Of a stretch of DNA of 64,000 nucleotides, positions 9,695 to 19,869 are shown one piece after another. Both the position numbers and the translations under genes were made by a program. The stretch comes from Mayamaea pseudoterrestris (Eukaryota). The notes below the pieces were generated by a model. That model was not told the DNA's origin. It worked only from the letters and a program-made list of their open reading frames with translations, and made no database searches. Within the stretch, counting starts at the first letter, position 1. Each line of letters begins with the position of its first letter. Location of the stretch: NCBI GenBank assembly GCA_027923505.1, contig BROI01000002.1:2108001-2172000 (forward strand), read 5' to 3'.

Positions 9695-11806
9695 CTAAAG
9701 CAGCGACACCGGAATCTTGTCGTTGCGTTCGTTTGCATCTTCAGGAGTGAACCAAACGAGAGAGAATCGTTGACCGGTAAACGCTCGCGTCCAGTGTCGC
9801 AACTTCCATCCATCAAACTCCAAAGCTTTATAGCGAATATCGTGAGGCTCACCCTCCACCATTATTTCGCCTCCGACAAAGTCTCCTAGTGCGACAATCA
9901 TGGATAAACTTTGACCGCTGCCGCGCCCGCTGTCAACGTGCGGTGTAAATTGTGCATTGCAATTAATGGCACAATGTGACGACGCCTGCCGATTGGTTCC
10001 TGCAGATAAACTCCTTTCCAGGTCATAGACGGCGGTGGCTAGCTCAGGAAAGAGCGTGTTACCAAGAGGAAGCGAATAGCTCATGTTGCTTGCGCCGACT
10101 TGGTAATGTTTTGAAACCACGGTGAAGGAACCCGCTCCTTTAACAATGTCTCCCATAATGACGCTGGCCCTGGCGCTAGATGTAGCTGGCCATTCATTCC
10201 TGTCAACAAGACCTTGTAGCAAATGTAGCACTGGTTGATATATCATCGGGGCTGGCGCTAGGTTTGTAATCGCAAATGGTGCGATCGGTTGGGATTGCAT
10301 CGCTTGCAGCTGCGCGCGCACTCGAGGCGCCACTTGATCACGCAATTCCACAAGCCACGCCTCCGACTCGGCCATCCTTGCGGTAGACATTAATTGTTGC
10401 TGCATTAGCAGTATTGGATCCAAGCCAGCATCTGCTTTGTATACGTCATGCCAATCAAATAGTTGCCTGCCTTTGCGATACATTTCAATGGCATGATGAC
10501 GCGACCCGGCTCGATATAGGTAGCCAGCTGGCGCCAGCGGCGTCTCCACAGACACTCTGCGGTCCGTTGCTTGCTCCAAAAAATTGTCTGGCAACCATTC
10601 ATGCAGCATGGCCACGGTTGCTCCCATGATGCGTCGCACCTGCTGCTGCAGAAACTGGTCACCTCGAAACTCTATTATTAGATAGACTTGCGAAACGTCT
10701 ATCGTCTCTGCATCTTTGTCATTTGTTGCGTTTCGCCATCCGATGATGCGAGCCCGATCAATGACGCGCCACACGACTTGGTTGTTGGGACTAGCGGCGC
10801 CGCGCAACGCGGGATCCGCAAAGTTGTGCCAGGGCCGCTTGGCGCGATGTTTCAGCAAGCCAAACCGAGACGACGCCATGTTGTTGTTGCTGTCAAATGA
10901 TGTTGTATGCTCTCCTGCGGTATCGTCTTTTGGCGCATCGTTCGCTTGCTGAATGAGTCGACGGCTCTCCACGCTGCGCAGTATACGCTTCAAGCGATGC
11001 AGTATCGGCAACGTGGACGACTTGGAATTATGTAACGTTTGAGCAATCGCCGCTCCATCTGGTAGCCAAGATAGCGGCAGCAAAAAGTGATACACGTGCT
11101 GTGAGCAGCTTTGCTCGGCGTGAATGGATCGGTCGCCGGCTTGCAGTGGACGCAAACCGTGCAGAGTCACATTCGTTCCGTCAAGGTTTTTCATGAGTGC
11201 ATTCATAATGGATGCAGCTGCAGTAGAATTGCTCGCATCAGTTGCGTTCGTTTCGTCATTCCATACCAAGAGCGGTCCAATAAAGTTGACGACTAGCATG
11301 TCAAGCGCCGCAGGACAGTTTGCTTCCTGCGACAGTGCCAGCGATCGCGCCTTGGCGGAGCTCGTCTGCGTCGTGCCTAGTACTACATGATTTACGTCAA
11401 GTGTTGCATTGACAAACGCCTGTAGCAGCAGCTTTCCGGCTTGCTCATGGTGGATTCCAATGTATCCAAAGTGAAAGACTATCGATTGCTTCGTCGGAAG
11501 GATTCCGTTGGTGTCATGCTGTGATCGAATGTGTCGAAACAAACCATTTCGACTTGTGAATTGCTCGGAACAAAATGTACATTCGTGATTTGTAGCTTTG
11601 GTGGAAACAGTCTCAGTCGCCGGTGACGGTGGAGAAGCAGTCGAATGCAGTCGAGCCAATGATGTGAAGGAGAAATGTAATGGCTGATGATGAAGGATGA
11701 ATGAGCAAGAGAAAAACTTGTGGATTTGATTCGGTATCAGAGAGAAGCTAGTAGCGATATGAACAGTCAGGCAAGCTAGTAGTATGGAGTATGCTGGGAG
11801 AAGCAT
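9695..11806 (-). CDS. Plastid-targeted C2H2 + TruA/PUS1-fold + 2OG-Fe(II) dioxygenase fusion protein
   Basis: Signal peptide followed by ATS-F. C2H2 finger CTFC...HIRSQH. TruA motifs FGYIG, HAEQSCSQHVYHFLLP, HNF, GDQFLQQQVRRIMG and PLAP. C-terminal HVD...H...RFS dioxygenase motifs. ATG at 11806. Confidence 0.85.
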   Translation of the reverse strand: MLLPAYSILLACLTVHIATSFSLIPNQIHKFFSCSFILHHQPLHFSFTSLARLHSTASPPSPATETVSTKATNHECTFCSEQFTSRNGLFRHIRSQHDTNGILPTKQSIVFHFGYIGIHHEQAGKLLLQAFVNATLDVNHVVLGTTQTSSAKARSLALSQEANCPAALDMLVVNFIGPLLVWNDETNATDASNSTAAASIMNALMKNLDGTNVTLHGLRPLQAGDRSIHAEQSCSQHVYHFLLPLSWLPDGAAIAQTLHNSKSSTLPILHRLKRILRSVESRRLIQQANDAPKDDTAGEHTTSFDSNNNMASSRFGLLKHRAKRPWHNFADPALRGAASPNNQVVWRVIDRARIIGWRNATNDKDAETIDVSQVYLIIEFRGDQFLQQQVRRIMGATVAMLHEWLPDNFLEQATDRRVSVETPLAPAGYLYRAGSRHHAIEMYRKGRQLFDWHDVYKADAGLDPILLMQQQLMSTARMAESEAWLVELRDQVAPRVRAQLQAMQSQPIAPFAITNLAPAPMIYQPVLHLLQGLVDRNEWPATSSARASVIMGDIVKGAGSFTVVSKHYQVGASNMSYSLPLGNTLFPELATAVYDLERSLSAGTNRQASSHCAINCNAQFTPHVDSGRGSGQSLSMIVALGDFVGGEIMVEGEPHDIRYKALEFDGWKLRHWTRAFTGQRFSLVWFTPEDANERNDKIPVSLL

Positions 11807-12014
11807 AATATGCTTGCCGCTCAATTTGAGACGAAGGTGCGATCGCCATCATGTTGTTTCTCTTGGTTGTCGCGCTCGCCGACGCCAGCGGCAAGGGTGA
11901 AAAGCGTGACAAACTGTCACATCGGTTCTCGTTTAGCATTTTCGATTCATCTGCATCCATTCATCGACGCAACATCTTCCTTCCCACCCAGCTCTTTCTA
12001 TTAGTTATCTACAA

Positions 12015-13589
12015 ATGGGACTATCCGCATCCGACAAACACGAAAAGCTCAAACAGGAGCGAACCTTTCTCACAAGCCTTTTGGAGGCCGCCCTGCAGGG
12101 ACAATTCGCGCAGGTGGAGCGCCTCGTCGAGGACTACTCCTTGCGGCAGTCCATACCCAAGGAAGCGGTACTGCTGCAGTTTCGGGATGGACAGGAACGA
12201 ACGGCGCTGCATTTCGCGTGTCAGAGTCATGCTAGTGGTAGTCACGAAAAAGATATTTTGGAGGAGTGGCTATTGTCCGACTGGCTACCAGCGTCATGCG
12301 TTTCGCAGCTGATTCGACGCGGCGACGCGGAAGGTTTGACGCCGCTCATGCTGGCGGCGCAGCTATCGGACCAAAGTCTCTCCGAACGACGAATCCAAAT
12401 ACTGCTGCAAGCAGCTGCAAAGGACGAAGCGACGTCGGTGACGGATTTCGCCATGGCGCAGTCGAAATCGGGCGCCACGGCGTTGCATTACGCTGCCAGC
12501 GCCGGAGCCACGACAACGAGTATTCGCAAGTTGCACGAGGCGGCACCAGCTGCAATATCTACGTTTAGCAAGCAAGGAGGAACTCCACTGCAATGGGCCT
12601 GCGCGGCGCATAGTCAAGCGGAATCTGCTGACACTAGTATTCAAGAAACAATCAACGCACTGTTGGACTGCGGCGCAGACTGGAACGCCTGCAACGAAAC
12701 TACCTTTCCGCCGCTCGCCTACGCACTAGCGACGAATCACTCGAGCCGCGCCAAGTTTCTGCTGCAGCAGGCGCAGAAGCGATCCATTGACACGACGAAG
12801 ACGCTAAAATATGAATTGCCTGGTCAAACGACAATGTACCACATGGCGGCCGACTTGAACATGGTGGGAGTCTTGGCGCTCTTGCTGGAACTGCTGCCGG
12901 ATGCAAGCACTTTGGAAAGACGCAACAGTCGAGGACTGACGGCGCGCGAACTTGCCGCCGCGGAGAATCATGTTGGATGTGTCATGCTACTCATGCCGGA
13001 AGGTCAGCAGACGGAAGTTGATGCACAAGCGTTCATTCAGGCGCAACAGCTAAAGAGTCTGAGTGTATCCGAACAGTCGCACTCAAACGGAGCGCCTCCG
13101 TCTACTGTGAGTAGTGTCAACTCGCATGTTGAGCCCAACGAGATTGAAACTAAGGCGCAGCAGCAAGCCCTCGGTTTGGCCGACGTGAGCGTGACTGACG
13201 ACTCCAAGCAGCAGGCTGTTAAGCTCAAGGCGGATGGAAACGTGCACTTTGCCAAGAAGGAGTTTCAGCAAGCGCTCGAATGCTACACGAAAGCAATTGA
13301 AGCCGATCCTACCGACGCGACCTTTTACTCGAACCGATCCGCCTGCTACATTCACTTGCAGGATCCAACGAAAGCATTGCAAGATGCGGTCATTTGCCGT
13401 TTTTTAAAACCAAATTGGCCCAAGGCGGCCTATCGCATGGCGATTGCCCGACTGGAGCTTGGACGATACGAGGATGCCGCCGTGGCTGCGTGGGAAGGTC
13501 TTCAGCAGGACGAAGAGAATGATGAGCTCAAGAGCTTGCTGCAAAAGTGCGTCAAGCTTGGTCGCAAGCAGCATCAAGCGACACGATAA
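12015..13589 (+). CDS. Ankyrin-repeat + TPR protein
   Basis: Ankyrin repeats (RTALHFA, LTPLMLAA, ATALHYAA, GTPLQWA) and a C-terminal three-TPR block (KADGNVHF ... YSNRSACY ... WPKAAYR) of the HSP70/90 co-chaperone type. Confidence 0.9.
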   Translation: MGLSASDKHEKLKQERTFLTSLLEAALQGQFAQVERLVEDYSLRQSIPKEAVLLQFRDGQERTALHFACQSHASGSHEKDILEEWLLSDWLPASCVSQLIRRGDAEGLTPLMLAAQLSDQSLSERRIQILLQAAAKDEATSVTDFAMAQSKSGATALHYAASAGATTTSIRKLHEAAPAAISTFSKQGGTPLQWACAAHSQAESADTSIQETINALLDCGADWNACNETTFPPLAYALATNHSSRAKFLLQQAQKRSIDTTKTLKYELPGQTTMYHMAADLNMVGVLALLLELLPDASTLERRNSRGLTARELAAAENHVGCVMLLMPEGQQTEVDAQAFIQAQQLKSLSVSEQSHSNGAPPSTVSSVNSHVEPNEIETKAQQQALGLADVSVTDDSKQQAVKLKADGNVHFAKKEFQQALECYTKAIEADPTDATFYSNRSACYIHLQDPTKALQDAVICRFLKPNWPKAAYRMAIARLELGRYEDAAVAAWEGLQQDEENDELKSLLQKCVKLGRKQHQATR

Positions 13590-13781
13590 CGCAAATGACC
13601 TTTTTTATTGTAGGTTCTTGAAGTGAAGCGCAGCAAGACAGATTTTAAGTGTATAGTCACTGTAAAAATTGATATCAACCTTCTACAACTTCACCAAAGT
13701 CTGGTGGAAGCCTACTATGCTACCGGTTTTTTTAGCTCGCAAGTCACAACTGTTGTCTATAATAGACATGGAAACATCCTT

Positions 13782-15002
13782 TCAACTGTTGACACGTAGA
13801 AGAGACTTGGCTCGTTCCCTTCCACCAACTAGCTGCACGAATCGCTCCACCCACGCCGGCATGTTGGCCATACAAGTCACCAGCGCCTGCGTCGTACTCG
13901 TCACGTAGGCTCGCTGCTCCCACTCGGCGCGGTTGCGCCTCGCGTCATGAGCTCCGCGACCACTGTAGCGCTCCCAGCTTCCAATATAGTGGTGCACCAT
14001 CAAGGGACTTGAGTCAACGTCAACAATGGGTTTGCCGCAGACGCTTGGGTATGGTCGGTGAATGTTGCGAGGAATAGTGCTGTAAATGATATAAGGATTG
14101 ATCCGTGACAAGTTGATCAATACCTTGGCAAATTTGGATGCGGAAAAGTCGCCTGGTGTCGCGTGCTGCAGAAAGCGAATCGTGTCCAGTTGATTAAAGT
14201 CGTTGGATATGCCACGGAATGAGGGTGACTGATCTGCTGGACATGTAACATTCTCCAGAGATCCAACCAGCAAGCGAGGTACCGTTATGCATGCTGGTTG
14301 GTTGCTGCTTGCTGCATCGAGCTTTCGTAGTAGATCCAATACAGTAGTGTTTGAATCCAGGCTAGGAATATTGAAACGTTTCAACTTCGGATGATTCTTG
14401 GCTGCCGCATGCGGCACCAGATACTCATCAGAATCCAAAAGCAACGTCCAGTGAACTCCGAGTGGTTGCAAACGCTCGAGACAACTTGTCATAAAGCCCT
14501 TTTGTCGATGTATGAGTGCATGGTGTGCGGCGTCCTTTGGCGATTCCAGCGGCTTTGTAGGCTTTTGTTCATGTCGATTGGCAAATTCTGAAGCATCAAT
14601 GACAGCCGCATAGTCAAAGAGACTCTGCATGTCATGTAATACAATCGACGGATCATGTGTGTTGTTCACATCGGATCCCAAAATAAAGTGTGTGAGCGGA
14701 AGTACGGTTCTGTGAAAGGCAAGCCACTCGTACAAGAGTTCATTGTCCATCTTCGTCATAAAACAAGCTCCAAACTTTGTGTCATTGCTGTCATTATTAT
14801 GGTTACTGTTTCTGTCATTCTGCCGCAATGGCGAGGACAAGGTTGCTGCAGAGCTGAGCAGGATATCACTCTGATCATGCTGCTGCAATGAAAGGAACGA
14901 CAGCGACAGGTAAAGCTGAGCTAGAAGAGCTAAAGACGTAACGCTCAAAACAAAAGTTCGATTTCTCTTGATTCCTCCGTCACTCCGAGCATTGAGAACC
15001 AT
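13782..15002 (-). CDS. Type II membrane glycosyltransferase (GT-A fold, GT92/GT2-like)
   Basis: N-terminal transmembrane anchor, then LYEWLAFH, a DxD motif (DSDEY) and C-terminal HHYIGSWERY. Confidence 0.75.
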   Translation of the reverse strand: MVLNARSDGGIKRNRTFVLSVTSLALLAQLYLSLSFLSLQQHDQSDILLSSAATLSSPLRQNDRNSNHNNDSNDTKFGACFMTKMDNELLYEWLAFHRTVLPLTHFILGSDVNNTHDPSIVLHDMQSLFDYAAVIDASEFANRHEQKPTKPLESPKDAAHHALIHRQKGFMTSCLERLQPLGVHWTLLLDSDEYLVPHAAAKNHPKLKRFNIPSLDSNTTVLDLLRKLDAASSNQPACITVPRLLVGSLENVTCPADQSPSFRGISNDFNQLDTIRFLQHATPGDFSASKFAKVLINLSRINPYIIYSTIPRNIHRPYPSVCGKPIVDVDSSPLMVHHYIGSWERYSGRGAHDARRNRAEWEQRAYVTSTTQALVTCMANMPAWVERFVQLVGGRERAKSLLRVNS

Positions 15003-15258
15003 GTCATGTCATGGTCTACCTGGAGGCGATCCGATAAAGACCGGCACGCATCTATCATCTATCGTCGCGTCGTCCATGGTCCATGCATTTTTGCGACGAA
15101 ACCAGCGTGTCGCACCGAAACATGATAAATATCTTAGCGGTACTCGCTGGCTCATGCAGTACCGGTAACGCTGCGCCATGGCGACCGTCCTCCACAAGAA
15201 ACGAGAGCAAAATGTGAAACATTCTTGATCGTTTGACTTGATATATAACGCCATTAAG

Positions 15259-16665
15259 ATGAGCGAGATACTTAACGAAGACAACAAATCTAGGATTCGT
15301 GAGCTAGAGGAAAGAATTAAGATGCTAGAGCAAGAAAACCAGCTATTGAAATCAAAGCTTTCGGCATTTGCGCAGCCGACGGAACCTTGCGAAAATGTTG
15401 AGTCTGCGATTAATCTTTCGCCACTAGCAGAAGCTCCAAGCAGTCGGCATGTGCAGTCTCTTTCCACGCAAGGTATCGAACGATACTCGCGACAGCTGCT
15501 ACTTTCGAATGGCTTTGGCGTGACTGGACAAGCGCAGCTAGCGCAATCCAAAGTATTGATCATTGGCGCCGGAGGCATTGGATCAACCGTAATATTGTAC
15601 TTGGCAGCCTTTGGAGTTGGAACCATTGGCATCATGGACTTTGATCATGTCGAAACGTCCAATCTGCACCGACAAGTCATTCACAAGCAGCGTCACGTTG
15701 GTATGAACAAGGCTCTCTCGGCGCGATTGGCCGTTTTGGATCTTAATCCTACCATTCAGTGCAATGCAATTACTGAAAGATTGACGCATGAAAATGCCAT
15801 GCAGAATGTATCAAAGTATGATGTAGTCATTGACGCAAGCGACAATCCTCCGACGCGATATCTCATCAACGATGCCTGCGTCTTGGCTGGCAAGCCATTG
15901 GTGTCGGGATCAGCCGTTGAAGTGGAAGGGCAGCTGACCGTTTACAATCATAACGACGGTCCCTGCTACCGATGCCTTTATCCAAATCCAGCTGTCTCGA
16001 TGAATTGCGGTCGATCATGTTCCGATGCTGGTGTACTTGGTCCAGTGCCTGGCCTTGTTGGTATACTGCAGGCAATGGAAGCGGTCAAGATTTTGACACA
16101 AACTGGCGAAACAATGGATCGACGCATGTTGCACTACAATGCCATGGATACAACGTTTGCAACGTTTAAAAAGCCGCCAAAGCGAGCGAATTGTCCAGTC
16201 TGTGGACCAGAGGCGACGATTAGCACCATAAAAGATAGCTTAGCAAATCTTGAACAGGCCCAAGCGAATGGCGCAAGCTGCAATAGCTCGGCAGCCACGC
16301 TCTCAGTGGAGCATTCCATATCTTGCAGCGACTACCAACAGATACTTGATGCAAAAAACTCGCAGCAACATGTACTACTGGATGTTCGAGTGCCGCAGCA
16401 GTACGAACTTTGTTCCCTCGAGGGTTCCATCAACATTCCGCTCGCGCAACTGCCCAACGAGCTCGACCGCATTCAACAACTATCTGCAGGATCAAAGCCA
16501 GTCTACTGCATTTGTCGACGCGGAGTAGCATCTGCCGAAGCGACGAAACTGTTGCTCGATGCTGCTGCCAGTGGCAACTACCAAGGAATTCACTCGGTTT
16601 GCAATATTGCAGGTGGACTACAGGCATGGCGTAATGTGGTTGATAGTAAATTTCCCAATTACTAG
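15259..16665 (+). CDS. MOCS3: Adenylyltransferase/sulfurtransferase MOCS3/UBA4
   Basis: ThiF domain (RYSRQ, GAGGIG, SNLHRQ, CYRC) followed by a rhodanese domain with a CRRG loop and a KFPNY end. Confidence 0.95.
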   Translation: MSEILNEDNKSRIRELEERIKMLEQENQLLKSKLSAFAQPTEPCENVESAINLSPLAEAPSSRHVQSLSTQGIERYSRQLLLSNGFGVTGQAQLAQSKVLIIGAGGIGSTVILYLAAFGVGTIGIMDFDHVETSNLHRQVIHKQRHVGMNKALSARLAVLDLNPTIQCNAITERLTHENAMQNVSKYDVVIDASDNPPTRYLINDACVLAGKPLVSGSAVEVEGQLTVYNHNDGPCYRCLYPNPAVSMNCGRSCSDAGVLGPVPGLVGILQAMEAVKILTQTGETMDRRMLHYNAMDTTFATFKKPPKRANCPVCGPEATISTIKDSLANLEQAQANGASCNSSAATLSVEHSISCSDYQQILDAKNSQQHVLLDVRVPQQYELCSLEGSINIPLAQLPNELDRIQQLSAGSKPVYCICRRGVASAEATKLLLDAAASGNYQGIHSVCNIAGGLQAWRNVVDSKFPNY

Positions 16666-16787
16666 ATGCATGACTATAACAGGTACATGTGGTGCCGTTA
16701 CAAACGACTTATGACGTGGTCTTCCCCTCTTCGAATGAGCTTCACGAATGATTTGCCGCTGCTGCCTTGGCTACCAAAATAAACTCC

Positions 16788-17538
16788 TCATTCATCTGCC
16801 ATATCAATTTGCAAGGCGAGATACGTTTGAATCGCATCCAGCTGCTGAATGTGGCGGTGGGCTGGACGGTCCGTGAGGAAGGTATTGAATCGGTCCAACA
16901 ATTGGCGGGCTCGTAAATGATTGGTCTCTTGGTCTTCACCAAGTTTGAGCTTTTCGATGAGAAAGCCAACAATGTCAGTGTCCAACAGTAGTTCAATCGT
17001 GTGGATGGTCGCCTCGCTTTGAAACGCCATCTACAAGGCATGTGTGCAACATGCGAATGAGAGGAGTGCCCACGTATTCAATGTGAAGCAATGCCGACGC
17101 CACGAAAATACCCCAAACTTGATTCAAAACTGCCATGGCCAGTGTGTCTTCCATGTGAATCATGTGCGGTGCATATAATGTTGAACTCATCACTTTCGCA
17201 TTGCTCGCATAAAGCCGAACATACTGAACAATTTCCGTAGCAAAGCCTTCGCTCTCTTCGAGCGAAAGATCAGGCCATCGCATAGTCTCTCTCTGGATGG
17301 CACGAATCCGCAATGCAACACTTTCGCCTATGAGATCCTTGTGAAAGCCGCAAATAAGACGAGCAATGCCTTGCTCCTGGAACGTACGGTTGCAGCAGAG
17401 TAACGTCGCTCGCATGAGCTCAAGTACGTCAATGGAAGGATTTAGTGAGCACGTCGGTTCTGGCTCTAATTTGAGCCGAACGACAGTGCCGCAAGCGAAC
17501 GTGAAGACAAGTTGGTTTCCAATGACTTGACTCGACAT
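16788..17538 (-). CDS. Hypothetical protein, 2 exons
   Basis: ORFs 16993-17538 and 16788-17030 join in frame through a GT-AG intron at 17031-17118 (88 bp, phase 0). An alternative in-frame donor lies at 17073. Confidence 0.55.
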
Positions 17539-17944
17539 CTTTAGCGACTGTAATTCTCAAGTATATAAAGTGATAACGCCACGATACTTCCTGCTTCCTT
17601 TTCTTTGCCAAATCTGCTGAAATGATCGTTGTTGCGGCGCAGTCGGTTTGATGCTTCCGTGGAACATCGGTTTTGGCGATGCGTCAATGACATAACCACT
17701 AGGACGCAAATCTTAGTCGTAGCAAACGAAACCGGTACTCGACACTATAGCCCCGAAACGTCGATTTCGGTCATCGCGGCCGTTGGGTCATCGGCATGAC
17801 GAAAACGAAGTCGCACACACAAACAAACCAACGCAAGGAACGACGAGGTCAAAAAGTATGGCTTGACTCCTGCCACAATTGCAGTAGTCCTTGTCATTCA
17901 AACTCAGCTACCTTATACTTCCCTGCCATAAGTCGCTTGTCGCC

Positions 17945-19700
17945 ATGACAATCAGTTTTGTCCGCGAGATTTTAACGCCCAAACTCCACGACCGCGTCTT
18001 GACGCCCTACGGCAAGGGAGTTGTGACGGCGATTGTTAACGATACTACGACAATATGCTTTCTATTCGGCAGTCTCTACTGCAGAGACATTAATTTCATT
18101 CACAAAATACTGACAGTCAAGGAGTACCAAAAGTCCATGGACAAGCTGGAGGAGTACCGACGAAACATGGTGGAAATGGAGTGCCAGGAGAAGCAAGTTC
18201 CGTGCGACCACTTTTCGTGCGTCATTTGCCTACTGACGAATCCAAGGAAACGAAGGTTACTCCGCAAACCAAAGGTTCAAACGTGCGACGTTTGCGGAAA
18301 TCCAGTGTGTCTAAAGCACAAGGATACGTTGAAAAAGGAAAATGGCCAGCATTTTGTCATGTGCTTTAGCTGCAAGATGGACTTTGATTTTGATTCACTC
18401 GACGTTCATAGTAGCAATCTGCACGACAAGGTTGTGAGATGGCTCACTGCCTATGATCGCATGGTGATTCAGCTATCGTTTTGCATCAATGAGATTTGCT
18501 CCGATGTGGCCGATCGATTGTCGTCGCTGCAGGCCAATGGATCAAAGGTCAAGATTGGAGCGTCGGCGGCGAGTTTTGTGAGCGGAGGCTTGGCAGTGGC
18601 TGGAACATTGACTTTGCTAACGCCAGCTGGAGTACCATTGTTAAGTAAGTGAGCGAAGCAGAATGTGAAGGTGCAATTTTAACCTTTAATGATTCTCTCA
18701 ACCATGTCTGGCTTATCTATCCATGATCTTACTGACAGTCGCTGCAATAGCAACGAGTGGTGCATCCACAGCTATGCAAATGGGAAATACAGCCTTTCAA
18801 TACACATCAGCCAAACAGGCTAATCAACTAGCTGATCGCATCGTTGGCTGGCATGGACTATGTTTGGGCATGCTCGGAGCCCTTGGCCGTTTGCGAGAAA
18901 TTTTGATCAAGGAACCGCTATTTCGCAGGGACCGGGGCAAGGGAAAGGACAATAAACGGAACGGAAAGTTGATCAGTCTCAACAGTGCCAGTCGAGCAAC
19001 GTCCATGGGTTTGCGAGCAACATCTGTAGTTGCATATACACCTGCATCGGCCTATTCTTCCCTGTTGAAAACGTCAATATCTGTCACGCCAGTGTTTGGA
19101 GCTGCACTGTCGCTTGGAATCATGGCTTGCGACGCTCAAAACATTCACGCAACAATCCGAAAACTGCAAAAGCCAAGTGACATGGCATTAGCGCTTGTGC
19201 AAATACAAAAGAATTTTCCAACATGCATTCCTACCAGCGTCGAAAACGAAGCCTTGCTCATTCTACAGGTTGTTCGAGAGTTGGAGTGGTTGGAAAAGCA
19301 GGCGGCCATGTTTACGACGCAGTCAAGCAATATTTCCCAGGACTCATTGACGCCTAATGCATCGCGACACCCTTCCAACGCTGACTTGATAGGTTCAGAC
19401 AATGGATCGACAACGCATACTACGCCGGAATCGGCCTTGAAGGAGATTATACCTGAAGTTTCCGTCATTCACGCATCACCCGGTTTTAGAATTCATGACG
19501 CGCCGAACAACGATTCCAACTCGAGCTTTGACCCGCATTTTGATCCGGAGAATTCGTTTCACGAGGAAAGAAAGGAAACGTGCGCCGAACTAGACGATAT
19601 TAAGATACGGCTGGAGCCAGTGTCGCTCGCATCTCCAGACAAGCAGTCAAAGTTTTGCGAGGCAGAGCACAATTATAGAGAACTGGAATCAATTGATTGA
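17945..19700 (+). CDS. FYVE-like zinc finger + apolipoprotein-L-like hydrophobic domain protein, 2 exons
   Basis: Intron 18645-18738 (GTAAGT...ACAG) joins the ORFs in frame (PLL-I-AAIATSG). Zinc-ligand pattern CVIC / CDVCGNPVCLKH / CFSC. Gly/Ala-rich hairpin GASAASFVSGGLAVAGTLTLLTPAGVPLLIAA. Confidence 0.7.
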
Positions 19701-19869
19701 CGATGCGTCGCTCGACGAATCCGGCGACCCTTTTTTGTTTCATAGAGTTACGACTTTAATTTTTACAGCTTTGTAATGAACCGATTTATGAGTTATTTGC
19801 GTACATCTTTATGTACTGTATTTACTTTCTTATGCGTTTTTAGTAAGTGGCTGCGTAGTCAGTAAATCG

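Noticed and set aside
9695..16665. PUS-dioxygenase fusion and MOCS3/UBA4 as a tRNA-modification cluster
   Set aside because: The predicted compartments differ (plastid versus cytosol) and unrelated genes intervene; proximity is probably chance.
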